Positions 14,711-28,996 of a stretch of 64,000 nucleotides of DNA are shown one piece after another. The position numbers and the translations under genes are program-made. The notes under the pieces were generated by a model. It did no database searches and had not been told where the DNA came from. It was given only the letters and a program-made list of their open reading frames with translations. Positions within the stretch are counted from its first letter, which is position 1; every line of letters starts with the position of its first letter. Source of the DNA: Lytechinus pictus (Eukaryota); assembly GCF_037042905.1 (NCBI RefSeq), contig NC_087257.1, positions 12,958,001 to 13,022,000 on the forward strand. Reading direction: 5' to 3'.

Positions 14711-15538
14711 TTAAAGGAGAATGAAACCCAATAAACAAGCAACTTGCATGAAAACAGAAAATAAAAAAAAGAACAAAAGTTTGAAAAAGAATTTGAGAAA
14801 CAATAAGCATGATATTTATAAGCATTTTATTTCAAAATTATATCCCTTTGACAATGTGACCAAGAATCATGATGTCACAGAAGTACAACTCTCCCCTTTG
14901 TAGTTGTACACTGAAAAACAATCCTTTTTTTTTATTCTAATCATAGTAAAAACTCTTTTTCCATGATATATGTCATAGATGCTTTTATTACTCCATCCCT
15001 CGGATAGGATGTTAAATGGAGGCCCCGTGTAGAGGAGAGTCACCACCTTGGCATGTTAAGAACCTACTGCACTATTCGTATAACAGTAGGGGGAAACCCC
15101 GGTGAAGTGGTCCACCTGCACTCCCCCTAATCAGTTATATGATCGGGAGGAGAGACCTGCGGGTCACAGTGCTTTTTGCCTCCCTGGCACAGGTGATGCC
15201 AAACAAATAATAATAATGATAATTACATATTCTCCCATGGAAAAAACACCTGACCTATGGATATACTTGATATAAGTGAGAATTTAAGTAAAATTTCCAG
15301 AAATGTCATTGGGGCGTTTGTACAAACTTGTGTAACATCACACATTTTGGTCACTCACATTGCCAATAGGAGGATGTCCCCATCATTCATCAGTGATCTC
15401 AAAATTCGAACCCACACAACTTTCTTATAAGCATGTATTTGTTCATTGAAATCTCCTTTAACTTTCGTTGATTTGTTTAGATTTGTCTATTTTTACATAA
15501 TCTAACCTGATCCCATGCATGGTTTCATACTCCTGTAA
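14711..15538. mobile_element. Kolobok-type MITE, family B (diverged; interrupted by a SINE)
   Basis: TTAAAGGAGAATGAAACC ... GGTTTCATACTCCTGTAA. Confidence 0.65.
14991..15215 (+). mobile_element. 5'-truncated Deu-domain-like SINE
   Basis: TCCCTCGGATAGGATGTTAAATGGAGGCCCCGT...GCACTATTCG...AGGGGG resembles the DeuSINE core; (AAT)n tail. Confidence 0.55.
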
Positions 15539-17053
15539 ACTTGAGGAAACGCAATACCAAGATGCTAACCAAGAAGGACAACATCTCAATGATGTATCAG
15601 CATCAGGTGTTCAGGACCGCATCCACTCTCAATGCTTCCTTCTCTCTTCCTCCAAATGCCATCAGAAGTCAGAATGGAGAGGAGGAGGCTTGGCCAATGT
15701 GCTGTGACATTTCAAATGCTTTAATGGAGGTTGGAAGTTCCTTGAACTTCATCTCAAGACTGTCAAATAAGAGTAATGGTTTCGCAGCCTATGGGGTATG
15801 ACAAGCAGCTTTTTCCTTCTCTTTATACTGAATATTTTATGTACAATCATCAAACTGAACAAAAATGAACATACACGTACTTGACGTCATTGATGCCCAT
15901 AAGTCCATTTAGTTAAATATGCCACATAATTATTGACTACTCATTAATTCCTCGCCCCACCCATGCCTCCATCTCTTATAATCTGGTTCATGCTCCCCCT
16001 TCTTTGGTACCCCACATCCATTCATTCCGCCCCATCTATCAGGTCTTCTTACCCCTGCTACTCCCCCTCCTCCTCCTTCTCCATCTTTCATCTTTTTCTC
16101 CATCTTCCATCTTTTTCTCCATCTTCCATCTTTTTCTCCATCTTCATCTTCCTGTTCTGTTCATCCTTTATCATCCGTTTCTCCTATTTCTTCTTCTACT
16201 TTTTCCTACACACTCTCGCTCTCTCTTATTATTTTCCTCCTTGTCCCCTTTCTTCTCCTTCTTCCATCATCTTTGTTCTTTCTTCCCCACCCCCCTTCCC
16301 TCTCTCTCTCTCTCTCTCTTTCTACTTTCATGTCCACATGATGAGTTACTGAATATATCCTGTTTTAATAGATGTTGCATGGTTAGTCAAGGGTGCTATG
16401 TGCACATCACGTTGTGGTAGGTCCATGAGCGCAGCTGATAGAAACAGCATATTCTTCTTCTCCTCCTTCTTTCTCTTCTCTTTCTCCTTCTTCTCACCCC
16501 CTCCCCATTATCTCTAACTCTCTTCTTCTCTCAATGATGAGCTACCAACCTCCTTCGTTTCATTTGCATGGTCAGCCAAGTGTGCTCCGTGTGAACATGC
16601 CCAGCAATGAACGCTGCTGATCATAGTTCACACCATAGACCATCTATTAGAGACTTTGTGCATATTCTTTATCCCCTTCTTTCTCCATTTTCCCTCTTCT
16701 TCTTCTTCATCATACTCTAATATTGCTCTTTTCCTTTCTCTCTCCCTCTGTCTTTTCTCCTTCTTTCTCTTCTTCTTCTTCTGAGTCTTTTCCTCTCTCT
16801 CTTTCTCTCTCCATCTCCAAATGATGGGCTCCTAATCACCTTTGTTGTATAAGCTTGCATCAGTTGCATGGTCAGTCAAGGGTATTACGTGTGAACATCC
16901 CCCGCAGTGAACACAGCTGATCAATAGAAACTGTGCATTAATATGAATGAGCCCTACAACTACATGTACCAAGCTTCAATGTATACCAGTTACCACCAAC
17001 AAAAAAACCCACTGGGGCATAGGGCGATATAGAACTCTATTAATAAAAACCCT

Positions 17054-17666
17054 TTAAAGGTCAAGTCAATCCCAGAAATACGTTGATTGGAATAAATAGA
17101 GAAAAATCAAACTAGCATGACACTGAAAAGTTCATCAAAATCGGATGTAAAATAAGAAAGTTATGACATTTTGAAGTTTCGCTTATTTTTCACAAAACAG
17201 TGATATGCACAACTCAGTGACATGCAAATGAGTCATTCGATGATGTCCATCACTCACTATTTCTTTTGTTTTTTATTGTTTGAATTATACAATATTTCAT
17301 TTTTTACAGATTTGACAACAAGGACCAACTTGACTGAACCATATAGTATTAAACAATGCTAATTCCACATGTTCAGGGAGGAATTAACCATTGTTTCACT
17401 TGACAAAGAGGAGAAAATTAGAAAATTTCATATTTCATATAAAATACAAAAGAAATAGTGAGTGGATGACATCATCAGTCTCCTCATTTGCATACCGACC
17501 AGGATGTGCATAATAACTGTTTTGTAAAATAAAGCGAAACTTTAAAATGTCATAACTTTCTTATCTTTCATCCGATTTTGATGAAATTTTCGGTGTTATG
17601 CAAGCTACTTGGATTTTTCTCTTTTGATTAAAATCAACTTTTTATTTGGGTGGACTTGTCCTTTAA
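17054..17666. mobile_element. Kolobok-type MITE, family A (opposite orientation)
   Basis: Same TIR and TTAA TSD. Confidence 0.85.
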
Positions 17667-17814
17667 GTTGTAAAGATAGCCACTGTACAGACAAATTGGT
17701 GGATTTCAATTTAGTTTTTAAAAATGGTTTGGAATGGACCCATGTATGTTTGTGCAAGAGGAAACTAGCCTGGCACACAAAACAAAGAAGGCTCCAAGTA
17801 CAAGTCCAGAACAT

Positions 17815-18041
17815 ACACTTGTGCTAAAAAAGTTAGAAACCGCACCACAAAATGCACTCCATCATGCTGAATGTTGAATGTAACAACACTATTGGCGAGC
17901 CAAGAGAAAAAAAACTGTATTGAATAAAATTTTGTATCACCCGACTTAACAATTAAATATCTAAAACATATATAGCAGAACTTGAACACTTTTATATGTT
18001 CATTTTCTGGTGGGGTTCGCTAACTTTTAAGCACCACTGTA
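17815..18041. mobile_element. Tc1/mariner-like MITE (partial copy at ~23205-23370)
   Basis: Imperfect TIRs, TA flanks, second homologous copy. Confidence 0.55.
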
Positions 18042-18458
18042 CATGCATAATTTTTCCTTAATATCTATTAAGCATGAATGATATTACTTAGTGGAAGGGG
18101 GCTAATTTTCTTTTACAAGGTCATTTTGAGATCACTTATTAAAATTCGCTATACTGTACATTTTAGATACTAATTTGTTAGGTAGTCTTTAAATTAAATC
18201 TAACATACATGTAGAAAATAATGCTTTAGAATTATTTTGGTTTATCTTTCCTCTGGCAGCAACGTACATCATGTACATATAGGCATGGAGGTTCACTATG
18301 TAATAAATTACTGAAAACTTAAACCACCATGTACGGTGTGTATAGATCTACTCTTTCTCAGTTCATATTCTGTATAATTAATTACTTTCATGCATCCTAC
18401 ATACTGCAGGTCTATATTATTATTAGTAAGACGGAGATAGTATACACGTACACTCAAT

Positions 18459-18634
18459 CTATGGCCAATTGGAGTGCCTATTACATGTACAGTCATTATA
18501 ACCACTGAAATAGAATTGTATGCACTGTATGCCGGTCAATATTACAGTTCTATGGCCAATTGGAGTGCCTATTACATGTACAGTCATTATAACCGCTGAA
18601 ATAGTAATTTTATGCACTGTATGCCGGTCAATAT
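18459..18634. repeat. Tandem duplication, ~91-bp unit x2
   Basis: CTATGGCCAATTGGAGTGCC at 18459 and 18550. Confidence 0.9.
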
Positions 18635-21600
18635 TCCAGTTCAATAGCCTCCATGATGCAATTATTGTGGTACATGATTGAGGCTGGGTGTCACAGGAAT
18701 AATTCAAAGGTCAAATCTTCCCAAAATATGAATGAAGAGCATAAAATGACCATTGAAAAATTATAGGGTGAGTGCCTGAGTGGACTTCATATTTAGTTTT
18801 ACTGTACAGCACATGTATGAAAATATGTAGCCAAATATTCAGACTGCTTAGTCACACAGCAATGCAAACATTCAAATCGGATACTATACAAATAATGAAT
18901 GTTTATGAGTGCAATGGACAGAATACTTCTTGAGGTAAAAGATGAAAAGATCCATTCAACTCGTCTACGCCTTGTCGAATGGATCATTCATTTCATCTTT
19001 CACCAAATGAAGAAGTATTCTGTTCATTGCACGAATGAAGGAACATTCATTATTTGGTTTATATGACACTTAAAACTAGATTATTTTTCATAGGAAAATT
19101 ATCAATTTCGATGCAAAATATGACCATTCAGTGCAAGCTCAGTCTGTTGATTGTGGCTTGTGTCGCGTACAAAATCGTATAGATCCAAAATTGCATGATG
19201 AATGGATCCTAAATTGCACGGTCGATGACGTCATTGTAAAATGGTCCAAATGATCGATATCAAACAACCAATCAAATGCCAAGGATCTATCTAGGTGTCA
19301 TATAAAAGTCAATATACTGTGGACCCATAACAGAGTTAAATTTGCTTCATATATGTAATTGAATAATTCCTATACAAGCTATGATAAATTGCATGTGCTG
19401 TACATGTACAATGTATGGGTAAAAAATAGTTAAAGGTGGTTTAGAGTCATTTTTTAATATTGTTAAAATTTAAAAACATTTTTAAAAATACAGTGTTAAA
19501 ACTATCCCTAGAGGACCACACTCTGTGATGTTGAAATTACACCCTACAAATTGAACATTACACCAGAGTGTTAAACAACCAAAGGTGTTGTGAACTTGTG
19601 ATAAAATCAATAGGTGTTGAACTGACACCAGAAAATTAACACCAGAGTTCAATGTTTAATGTGGTCCACTATACACTGTAATGTACACCAATCAACAGCA
19701 TAGTTCTTGCTGTGAAGTTTCTGAAGTATTATTCATGAGGTCAGTATGCCTAAAGTTGCTCAATAACTACATGTATAGTGCAACATAGAGGATGAAATAT
19801 CCCATTTTACACATATTGCAAAAGACAATGGTTGATCTCTTGCTTGTACGAAAGTATGGATTATATATAAATGCAGATTCTCTGATCTCCTTGCATTGCA
19901 TGTGTACAGACAGTATCTATAATTTATGAGGTTTACAAGTCATTTACCATACTTGAAATTTGAAGAGAGTTAGTGCAAAATTGGCAAAAGATAGTAAGAC
20001 AAAAGGAACCAAAATCATATTTGGCTCAGGCATACATGATAATTAACAAGTGAATACTCATGGATGAGTGCATTCTAATAGTGTTTTAAATTTTTTTTTT
20101 TTAATTTGAAAGTAAATATTTGAAAAAAAAGGTTACACATACTTCCTTAAAAAACACTTAGATTTCCCCCATAAATCCAAAATGACAAAACCATGTTATA
20201 GTTTAATTTTTTATCATGTTAGAATTTGACATTGAAACAATTATTTTTCATAAATTTGTAATAAATAATTTGTTGTTATTAAACTATTTCAGTGAATGAC
20301 TGACTGAATCTGATAACTGGGCTAATTAAAAATCTTTATTCTGTAGTGTAAGCAATTTTATAGAATCTATACAACACCTTATAAATAGCCAGATGATGAT
20401 GATTATTATTATTAATCTTAACAGAACATATTCAGTAAACAGGCTTTTATTTCAATATTAATTAACAAATTAAGACTTAACTCAACATTTTTTTTTTTTT
20501 TTGGTTGAATTTATGTTTAAAAGTGTATTTTTTTATATATTGAATATGTTTGTTTTGTAAATTGGAAAACATGTTTTTTATGTATATGTGCATTTTTATG
20601 CGAATAAAGAAGACTTTGAATTGAATTGAATAACCATTACCATCCATTGATTAGTTCCATATGAATCAAAACAAGGCCAATCCAAATAGGCACTTCAGGA
20701 AATCACTACATCGTGATGCAATATGTCAGAATCAATACACTTTTACACATGTACAAGTATATCCTTGTTACGCGCAGGTTTTGCAGATATATACTTTATT
20801 CAATCTCTTATTAAGCAAATCAATACGGCTTATTAGCTTAACCTTTGTGGTGAAAGGGTCCCAGCTAGAGAATCAATGAACCTGCCAAATCTGTTTCCCA
20901 TGCATAGAGAATAGATTCAATGACATAATTTGTGCTCAAAGGTGACATGTTCTCCCGTGCAAAATCTGCATTTTAAAGCCTGGTCAATAATGTGAATTAT
21001 CACCCGTATCAGACATCTGAGCTGGTCATTTACAAAACCGTTTTTCCCTGTATTTTATTATTATCAGGAAGGGATAGGTATATTGTTTGTATTTTCCTCG
21101 GTCTCGATGTGCGTATTGACTTTGCATGCAGAGACGACGCAAAATATACCTTTGTATTTTCCCTGGTCTCACATCCGGGCCTTTGAGGATGCGAATGAAG
21201 TGATACGCTTCATAATGTTCCGCGCACCAACAATCTACGTCATAATAAAGACAACGCTGGATCTGGGCGCTTGCAAGTACGTCATAATGGTAAAGTGCAG
21301 AGCCTAGACAATGATATTATCATGACACAACAGAACTCTATTCTTAAAAGATGTCATTGACGTCTAAAGACTCGGGCCAATATGATTCTTTTGCTGGCAA
21401 TATATTTGATGTTCCCCTCAAGACCAGTCAATATTATATAATTATACCTGACTTGAGTATTATCATGGATCCTACTACATTATCCGATATTCCAAAGTTT
21501 ACACGGTACAGTTGCCTGTGACTCTTTTTTTTTCTGCCCTTTATTCTTGGTTGAAAATTTATATTTGTTTTATATTGTAGCACCCCCCCCCCTCTCTCTC

Positions 21601-24600
21601 TCTCTCTGTAATCTTTTTATTTTCCTTTAAAAATCACAATTTGAACACTTACCTGTATCTTACAAATTTAGCATGGGATACCACAAGCTACATAGATCTT
21701 GAGTGGGATTTTGAGTCCATTTTACAAAAAGAACAAAATACGAGGATATCTCATATTTTTTCAATATTTTTGTCATGTACATGCTCAAAAGGTGAAGGAT
21801 GGCATGATTCAAAATAAAATGTTCCAGTAAAATAGTATACACTGAGTAAAGCATATTATATGCATCATCCATAGTCCATTTTACTATACACAGCAGTTTT
21901 AGGGCATACAGTATAATGCAATGCAATTCAATTCAATGTACACGTATGGAGCAGCCCAAAAGCTAAATTGTGCCTGTTTGCATTGGATTACATGTACATC
22001 ATTGGCGATGTACTACATAAATACAGGCACAACTTAGAAATGATCTGGAATGACAGTCACTTTTGGGGCATTTACCAGAACCTAAAGAAGAGGCTCTATT
22101 AAAAAACGAAATCTTCAAAAAAAAATTCTGTGTGTGCAAGGGAGACAAATTATCCCATGTTAAATCTGCACATTGAGAAAAGCATTGATGGGCAAGTATA
22201 TGAAAAGTATGAAAAGTATATGATTTGTTTTTAAATAGAAACAAAACTGACAAAAATAAAACAATTTTAAAAAATCAGGTGTTAGAACCACAAAATATAG
22301 TATGCTGAAAATCTAACTGCTAAAAAATATCCTAATTTGGAATTTTTTGCAATTCCAAATATGGCGGCTGGTCCACAACTCACAATAGAGGATAGTACTT
22401 AGGGCCAGGGGGTGGGGTATTTTGTGTGGCCCGCCCCCTCGGACAGTCCCCCTTCAATGTCAATCAGATAGGTCAAAGGGTTAAGTAATATCACAGGGTA
22501 TTGATATCAAGACTAGCACGACAGCACAGTTGCGTATTGAGAAGCCATCCACTGTCTTCTTGGACGTCAGTTTCCAAATTAAAGTCACAATAATAGGCCT
22601 ACTAACAAAGAAAATAAATTATTTTCTATTTTTATTTCCATGCAACTATTGATTTGATCCTTTGATGGTCATTTAGATTTAAAGTGAAATCTTACAATCA
22701 CACATATGTATGTTCATGTCAATGACTATTATGGAAAAGGAAAAGCACAAGAAACATGAAATGGCTTTAGTTTTAAAGTGTTGTACAAATACCTCTCTTT
22801 TAGTTTTGGTAAATTCCTCCAAAAGTGCATTATACTGAGTCCTATTCATTACTAGATTATATATTAATGTGTTTCCTAAAACAGATATGAAAATATGAAC
22901 TAAAGATGATTTATTAGATAAATTTACCAAATTAACATCAAAATTTAATTTGATCAGGTCCCTGATCAAAATTTATTTAAACATAAAACCCCTTCTCGAG
23001 CATGGAATATGATGAAAAATTTCAGGATTTGATAATTGTCAGTAGTATCCAATTATATGTAAAATAAGTGTTCAAAAAGCTTATCTTTATTTTTTTTTCA
23101 TCATTGCAGAGAGAGGGTGCTAGATGCAGACATGCAGCCTTGGATCCAGGATTTTCCAATGGGGAGGGGCAACTTGGTTCAGGAAAGTTTTGACAAGCAA
23201 AAAAACGTCTTCACTTACATACAACAACACTATAATGTTCTGCAAGTCCAGAGAAAAAAGTATTGAATGTAATATTCTATCACCTGACTTCACGATTATA
23301 TCTAAAACATGGCAGAACTTGAAGACTTTAAACATGTGCATTTTCAGGTGAAGTTCACTAACTTTTGAGCCCCTGTCCCCCCCCCCCCCACCCCTCTTTG
23401 AGAGGAAGGCATGGGTCAAATGTGCCCCAACCTAGATCTGCCACTGCCACTGCTAGATACCACGTTCATACTTGAAAAGATGCCCAATTTAAATTGTAAC
23501 GGTTGAAAACACATTCAATGACTTAATATCTATACTTTTGCAATATTAGAATGTCAGATGATACTCGCATAGAATTCTCATTACTGACCTTTTACCACAG
23601 GGGTTGTAAATGGTTTTAAAAGTGAGGGGAGGCTGACCATGCAAAAAAATCACAATTAGATGGTCATTTTTTACATTTTTGAGCACCATTATTTTTTTTT
23701 TATGGGAGGGCTAGAGCCCCCCCCCCCCCCCTCGGCCCCTTGACCAAAGCTCACGACAAGCATTCATTAACAATGGGTTCAACAAGAGATTTAATACACA
23801 CATGTAAAATGACTGGTGTTGTCCTCTGCAGTACCAATGTTTTTGCAGTGTACAACAAGTTCTAAGGCTTTGATGCTTCAGCCAAGTCCACTACAATCTG
23901 CGCTTCAAGTAATAAGCCTCTAGCAGTAATTTTCTCCACAGACAAAAGAAAAAGAACTTGAAGATCAAGTTTTCATGAGGTATCTGAGATGCTAAATAAT
24001 ATTCTTCAAGTGTGAAGGACACAGGATAACCCTGAAGAAGAATGCATATATAGCCTAGGTTTCGAAGCCAGGTTTTAGAAGATCATTAGGGCCATCCGAC
24101 ATCATTCATAATTAGGCCTAAATCTACTTGCCAGCCAAGTTTACACAGTTGAGGTGTCAATATATAGCATCAACCTTCAACATTTAATATTTTTTTATTG
24201 CTCAGATGGCATTGCTATTTTGGCCATCTGTGAATGTATTTTGATTGCTTCAGAAAATAAGCAACTTTACTTTATGTATGAAATACTGATAATACGGCTT
24301 GCTGGAGAAGTTTCATATTTGACATGACAATTTCTGACTTTCATTCAGTAAATAAGAACATATATCATTGTATCTGAAAAAAATTTCAGAAAAAACATCT
24401 TGGACCCTCTCACTACTGATTATCTAGGCCTAGAGTTTTTTAGACAAAAATACCCCCTTATATTGCAGATTTTAAAAATTGTGACTACCACTACTACTGC
24501 AACACTCCAGATAGATCATTTTCCTTCTAGAGGCTAACAGGCACATAAATAAACTGAGAAGGAAAATCGGAGATAGATCTCCTCCCACACACATACTCAT

Positions 24601-24735
24601 AAGCAGCACAGACATCTCCATCACACGACCACCCATCCCCATCTCACGAAACACATCTATTTGCTCCGCCAACGCCACGGCAGCCTTCCTAACATCCACA
24701 CCGTTCGACAACAACCTGTTCGAGCTGCGACTTAC

Positions 24736-24814
24736 CAACGTTCCCATATGGACTGGAAAAAGAGGGGGATATGGCGCTTAAAAGCCACGCCAGGCGAAGG
24801 AAATTCCACAACAT
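24736..24814 (-). CDS. PTPRN: IA-2/phogrin-family receptor-type PTP, coding exon 1 (signal peptide MLWNFLRLAWLLSAISPSFSSPYGNV-G)
   Basis: ATG at 24814, hydrophobic leader, 79 nt ending at a G|GTAAGT donor (phase 1). Splices in frame to 7236-7189. Could be a PTPRN/PTPRN2 co-ortholog. Confidence 0.75.
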
Positions 24815-25457
24815 GTCTCCTTCAACTCCTCTTCGCCATGTTGATGTTATGGTCCACTAAAATGGTCCTTTTTACTATCCTAAAACATGGGTGATTGTCA
24901 AAAAGAAAACTGAAAACCTCACAAGATCCTAGCAGTCCGCCGCTCCGCGACTGCCCGTATGTATACCAATGGTGTATAAAACTTGGTATACCCCGTACCG
25001 AATCACAATGATGCGATGGAAATGGCTTCATCCTATAGTCTATATTCAGACCCTCAATCTCAATCTATACATTCATACCTCAATAATCACTCTCTTAGTA
25101 AATGATACAAGGATATTTAATAATATTTTCAATACTGTATCACTCGTGTATTCAAAAAGTTAGGTCTAATTACATTGTCTTAAGATTTAATCAAATTTTA
25201 ATCACAAACTTCCAGTAGATTTTCGAAATGAGTATAGAACATAAATCTACGGAAGGGTACAACCGGTCTAACAGCTGATTACCCATGCCCAAACTCTCCT
25301 CCTTTATCAAATCTATTATCGTCATTTTCATTTTTTTTTATCATTCATTTAAAGCATTATATCATTAAGGCAGCCATGCCTTAATGTATTTTAACACTGC
25401 AAGGAACAAGAATGTTTTTCTAGACCTCCATGTATCATGAATTATTTTTCTATGCGA

Positions 25458-25465
25458 TGACGTCA
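25458..25465. promoter_or_regulatory. Perfect CRE palindrome TGACGTCA ~650 bp upstream of the PTPRN-like start codon
   Basis: Exact 8-mer outside any recognised repeat; function is inferred only. Confidence 0.35.
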
Positions 25466-25780
25466 GAAAATAAATATGCGTGGGAGAATTACGTTCGCAA
25501 AATAATGCTTTTGATGTCGGTTCCTCCGCTCATTCCCCTTTATGTCTTTCGATTTCTTTCTCTCACTCCCCCCTCCCCCTTCTCTTTCTTTCTATCTTTC
25601 TCTCTCTCTCTCTCTCTCTCTTCTCTCTTTTTAGGGCCTTTCCCTTGCCTCTACATCATCCCCCACTAAAGAAGTTCTCTTTCTTAATGCACAATTTATT
25701 ATTTATGATATTCATTGCTCTGAAATTGTTCATCTCTTCATCATGAACGACACTTTTTTTCTGAAGGGATGCTGTTTTAT

Positions 25781-26457
25781 TTAAAGGACAAGTCCACCCC
25801 AACATAAAGTATATTTAAATAAAAAGATAAAAATCCAACAAGCACAACACTGAATATTTCATCGAAATCGGATGTAAAATAAGAAAGTTATGACATTTTA
25901 AAGTATTGTTTAATTTCACAAAACAGTTACTAGTATATGCACATCCTGGTCGGTATGCAAATAAGGGTACTGATGACGTCATCCACTTACTTTTTCTTTT
26001 GTATTTTATTATATGAATTATGTAATATTCTCATTTTCTTCTTAGCATTAGCATTGTTTTTTTTATACTATATGGGTCAGTCAAGTTGGTCCTTATTGTC
26101 AAATCTGTAAAACAATGAAATATTGTATAATCCAAACAATAAAAAACAAAAGAAATAGTGAGGGACATCATCAACTGTCTCATGTCCATGTCACTGAGTT
26201 GTGCATATCACTGTTTTGTGAAAAATAATCGAAACCCTAAAATGTCATCACTTTCTAATTTTGTGTCCGATTTTGATGAAATTCACGCATGTACAGTATA
26301 TGATATTTATCTATAAGTAAAAGCAAAACAAAACAGTATTATATGTAAGCAAAATATCTAAAAAACAGTGCTTGTATTGTATGTTCGGCGTTATGCAAGT
26401 TTGATTTTTCTTTATTTATTCAAATCTCCATTTTTCTGGGATGGACATGACCTTTAA
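25781..26457. mobile_element. Kolobok-type MITE, family A, with ~100-bp internal insertion
   Basis: Same TIR and TTAA TSD. Confidence 0.82.
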
Positions 26458-28789
26458 GTACAATGGCTTCCTTTGTTTGCTCACGCGTTACATACATCTT
26501 CACTTCTTTTTTTTTTTACATCAGCGTATTATTTTTTATGGATTCTACAAAAGAAGATGAAATCCCCATAGGCCTAACCATATCATTATCATGATTACTA
26601 CTGATATCACTATTATCATCGTTAACAATATATAATTTAACCTTCATAGTCGTTATCAGTATCACCATTATAAACACTTTTTAATTCAGATTTATGAGTG
26701 GAAAGTGGAGGGGTCCACGAAAAGGCTGAAATTGCGGGATTACAAAACAAATCTTAAACTAAACACGACATGATGTCGTTATTGCTTCGGCTTGTCATGT
26801 CGTCTAACGATTTTTAAACTGCATTTTTATCTAATCGTAACTGGAAATAGGAGTTCACATTTTCATGGCAATACTTACCACGGTAACTTTAAGATGTATA
26901 TATATGATTAATTCTGTTGCAATAACTTGATTACAAAATATCTTTATTTTATAACTTCATAATGCAAATCAAATCTGAATGATATTTCTGACCCTTTTGT
27001 TACCTACTTTTAAGTTCAAAACAGATTTTTTTCCCCACTACATAATTATTCCAATCCCAGGCAGGCACTTTTCCATACAATGTAATGTCTCATTCAATCA
27101 ACCGTTTTCCTCTTTCAAATGTAGATGATTTTAAGTGTATACAATCTTTGAATGTAAATCAGTTTTTAATGTAAACATTGCACCGTAAGTCTGCAGACAA
27201 CAGCGCTGCATTGTTTGCATATATATGTTTTGTATCTATAATAAACCAAAATTGAATTAATCTTAATTTGAATCAAATTGAGTTGAATTAAATGGATTTG
27301 ACTGCATGGGTTTATTAACCATTAGGTATAAGTGTACTTTTTTTAAAGATTATAAAAAAAAACACAAAGAAACAAAATAGCAGCAAGAATGGTTTAAAAT
27401 GACTGATTTGTTTTCTCTCTCTCTCTCTCTCTCGTAGAAGTGTGAATGAAATAAGGTGCCTTATGCTGTATAAATGCAGTCTACGAGACAACTATTTATA
27501 CTTTTAAGTTTTCTGAGAGAATGGCATGTATATTAGTTAATAAACCACTATATATCACATGTCATAGGGGAGAGATACACACATGAGATGTCATAATTAA
27601 AATTTCTTTAGAAAACAAAAACAAAACAAAGCAAAAAAATATATATAATTGTTTTCTAATTGATTTATACTGTTCTTTTGTTGTTGTTGTTTTTCTTGTT
27701 TCTGCTTCATCTTTATCGCAGCTGTCTCTTAAAATTATCAGTTGTGAATTCTATGAAATAACAACAAATTCCTGTATACACGTGCAGAGAATACACCTGC
27801 AACCAGCCAGTGACATATACCCCTGTTTTCTTCTTCTCAAAATCACAAAGACAAACCAAATATTTGTCTTGACTTATGAATAAATGAATAGATATGAAAT
27901 TCGATTGATAAGCTTCACAGTTAGGCGATCCACGCAGTCGCATTTTTTTATTATTTTAATCCAGAAAGGACGAATTACGCAAAGTGGAATACGTGATGGT
28001 ATCACTGCATGAGTAATTAACGAACTTTTTTTTCTTGTTTCGTTAAATTATCTAGCTCGAACCCGAAGCTCAAGAGGGGGTCAATAATATTGGGGGTAAT
28101 CCTTATCGCTTGCTTTATCTTGGTTTGTAATCAATAAATTAACATGAAAAAATCAGAATAGATCTTCCATTGAACACTCTATGAGTTGATGATTTCATGA
28201 CCCAGCCCAAATTTCCGGATTGATATTTCACATTTTCGTCAAAAATAATAAGCCAGCAGGATATTTGTATATCAAATAGGGCTTATTAATTGATGAAAAC
28301 ACTAATAAACAAAGTTCCATTGAAACACACTAAGACAATTAGCCAAAACCATCACCAATCGCACAAAATACCTTTTATTTTTTTTCATTAATCTTTTTTG
28401 TGGGGGGGGGGTTCATGTAGGGAAAGGACTTCTTATATATGAAAGCAATATGTGCATGTTGAAAAATAAGAACTGCACGTTCTTTCTTCCATTGACTGCA
28501 TTTTTCTTTTCAACGATCACTCACTTTAACAACAATAAAAATAACGTTTTATTTACCCGGGGTAGGCAATTTGGTTCTATGACATTTGCTCCGGCGGACC
28601 GGCGACAATTGTTGCTCCGCCGTAAATTCCACACACCAATGGAATGACCAAATTTAACCCTGGATTCAACCCTATACCCTACCCTAAACCTTACCCTAAA
28701 CCTAACATAAAACCCTTATATCGCAATCCAAACCCTTTATATCGTAGACGAAATAAAGCCCGGAACAAAAATTAATATAGTGTCACCAG

Positions 28790-28996
28790 CCAAGTTAGTT
28801 ATGAAATTGCCCTACCAACGTCGCTACATAAAAATATGATCATACCCTTTTCTAATGTACTATACTGAGAACCTGTAGCAACAAGGCAGAAGTTACCTTT
28901 TTGCAGGTCTTTGGTATGACTAGGATCGAACCCCGGCGACCTTCTGTTCATAAAACGGCTTGCAGCCGCTCTACCGGGCGCTCTACCACCGAGCCA
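28790..28996 (-). mobile_element. tRNA-derived SINE remnant
   Basis: Reverse-strand A-box (GGCTCGGTGGTAGAGC) and B-box (GGTTCGATCC). Confidence 0.55.

Noticed and set aside
15963-16420. 129-138 aa hydrophobic ORFs
   Set aside because: Low-complexity CT-rich sequence.
24472-24747. 91-aa minus-strand ORF as the PTPRN first exon
   Set aside because: It is in a different frame from the signal-peptide exon and reads through the GTAAGT donor into the intron.
28915-28996. tRNA gene
   Set aside because: A and B boxes are present but I cannot fold a cloverleaf; it continues into SINE-like body sequence.
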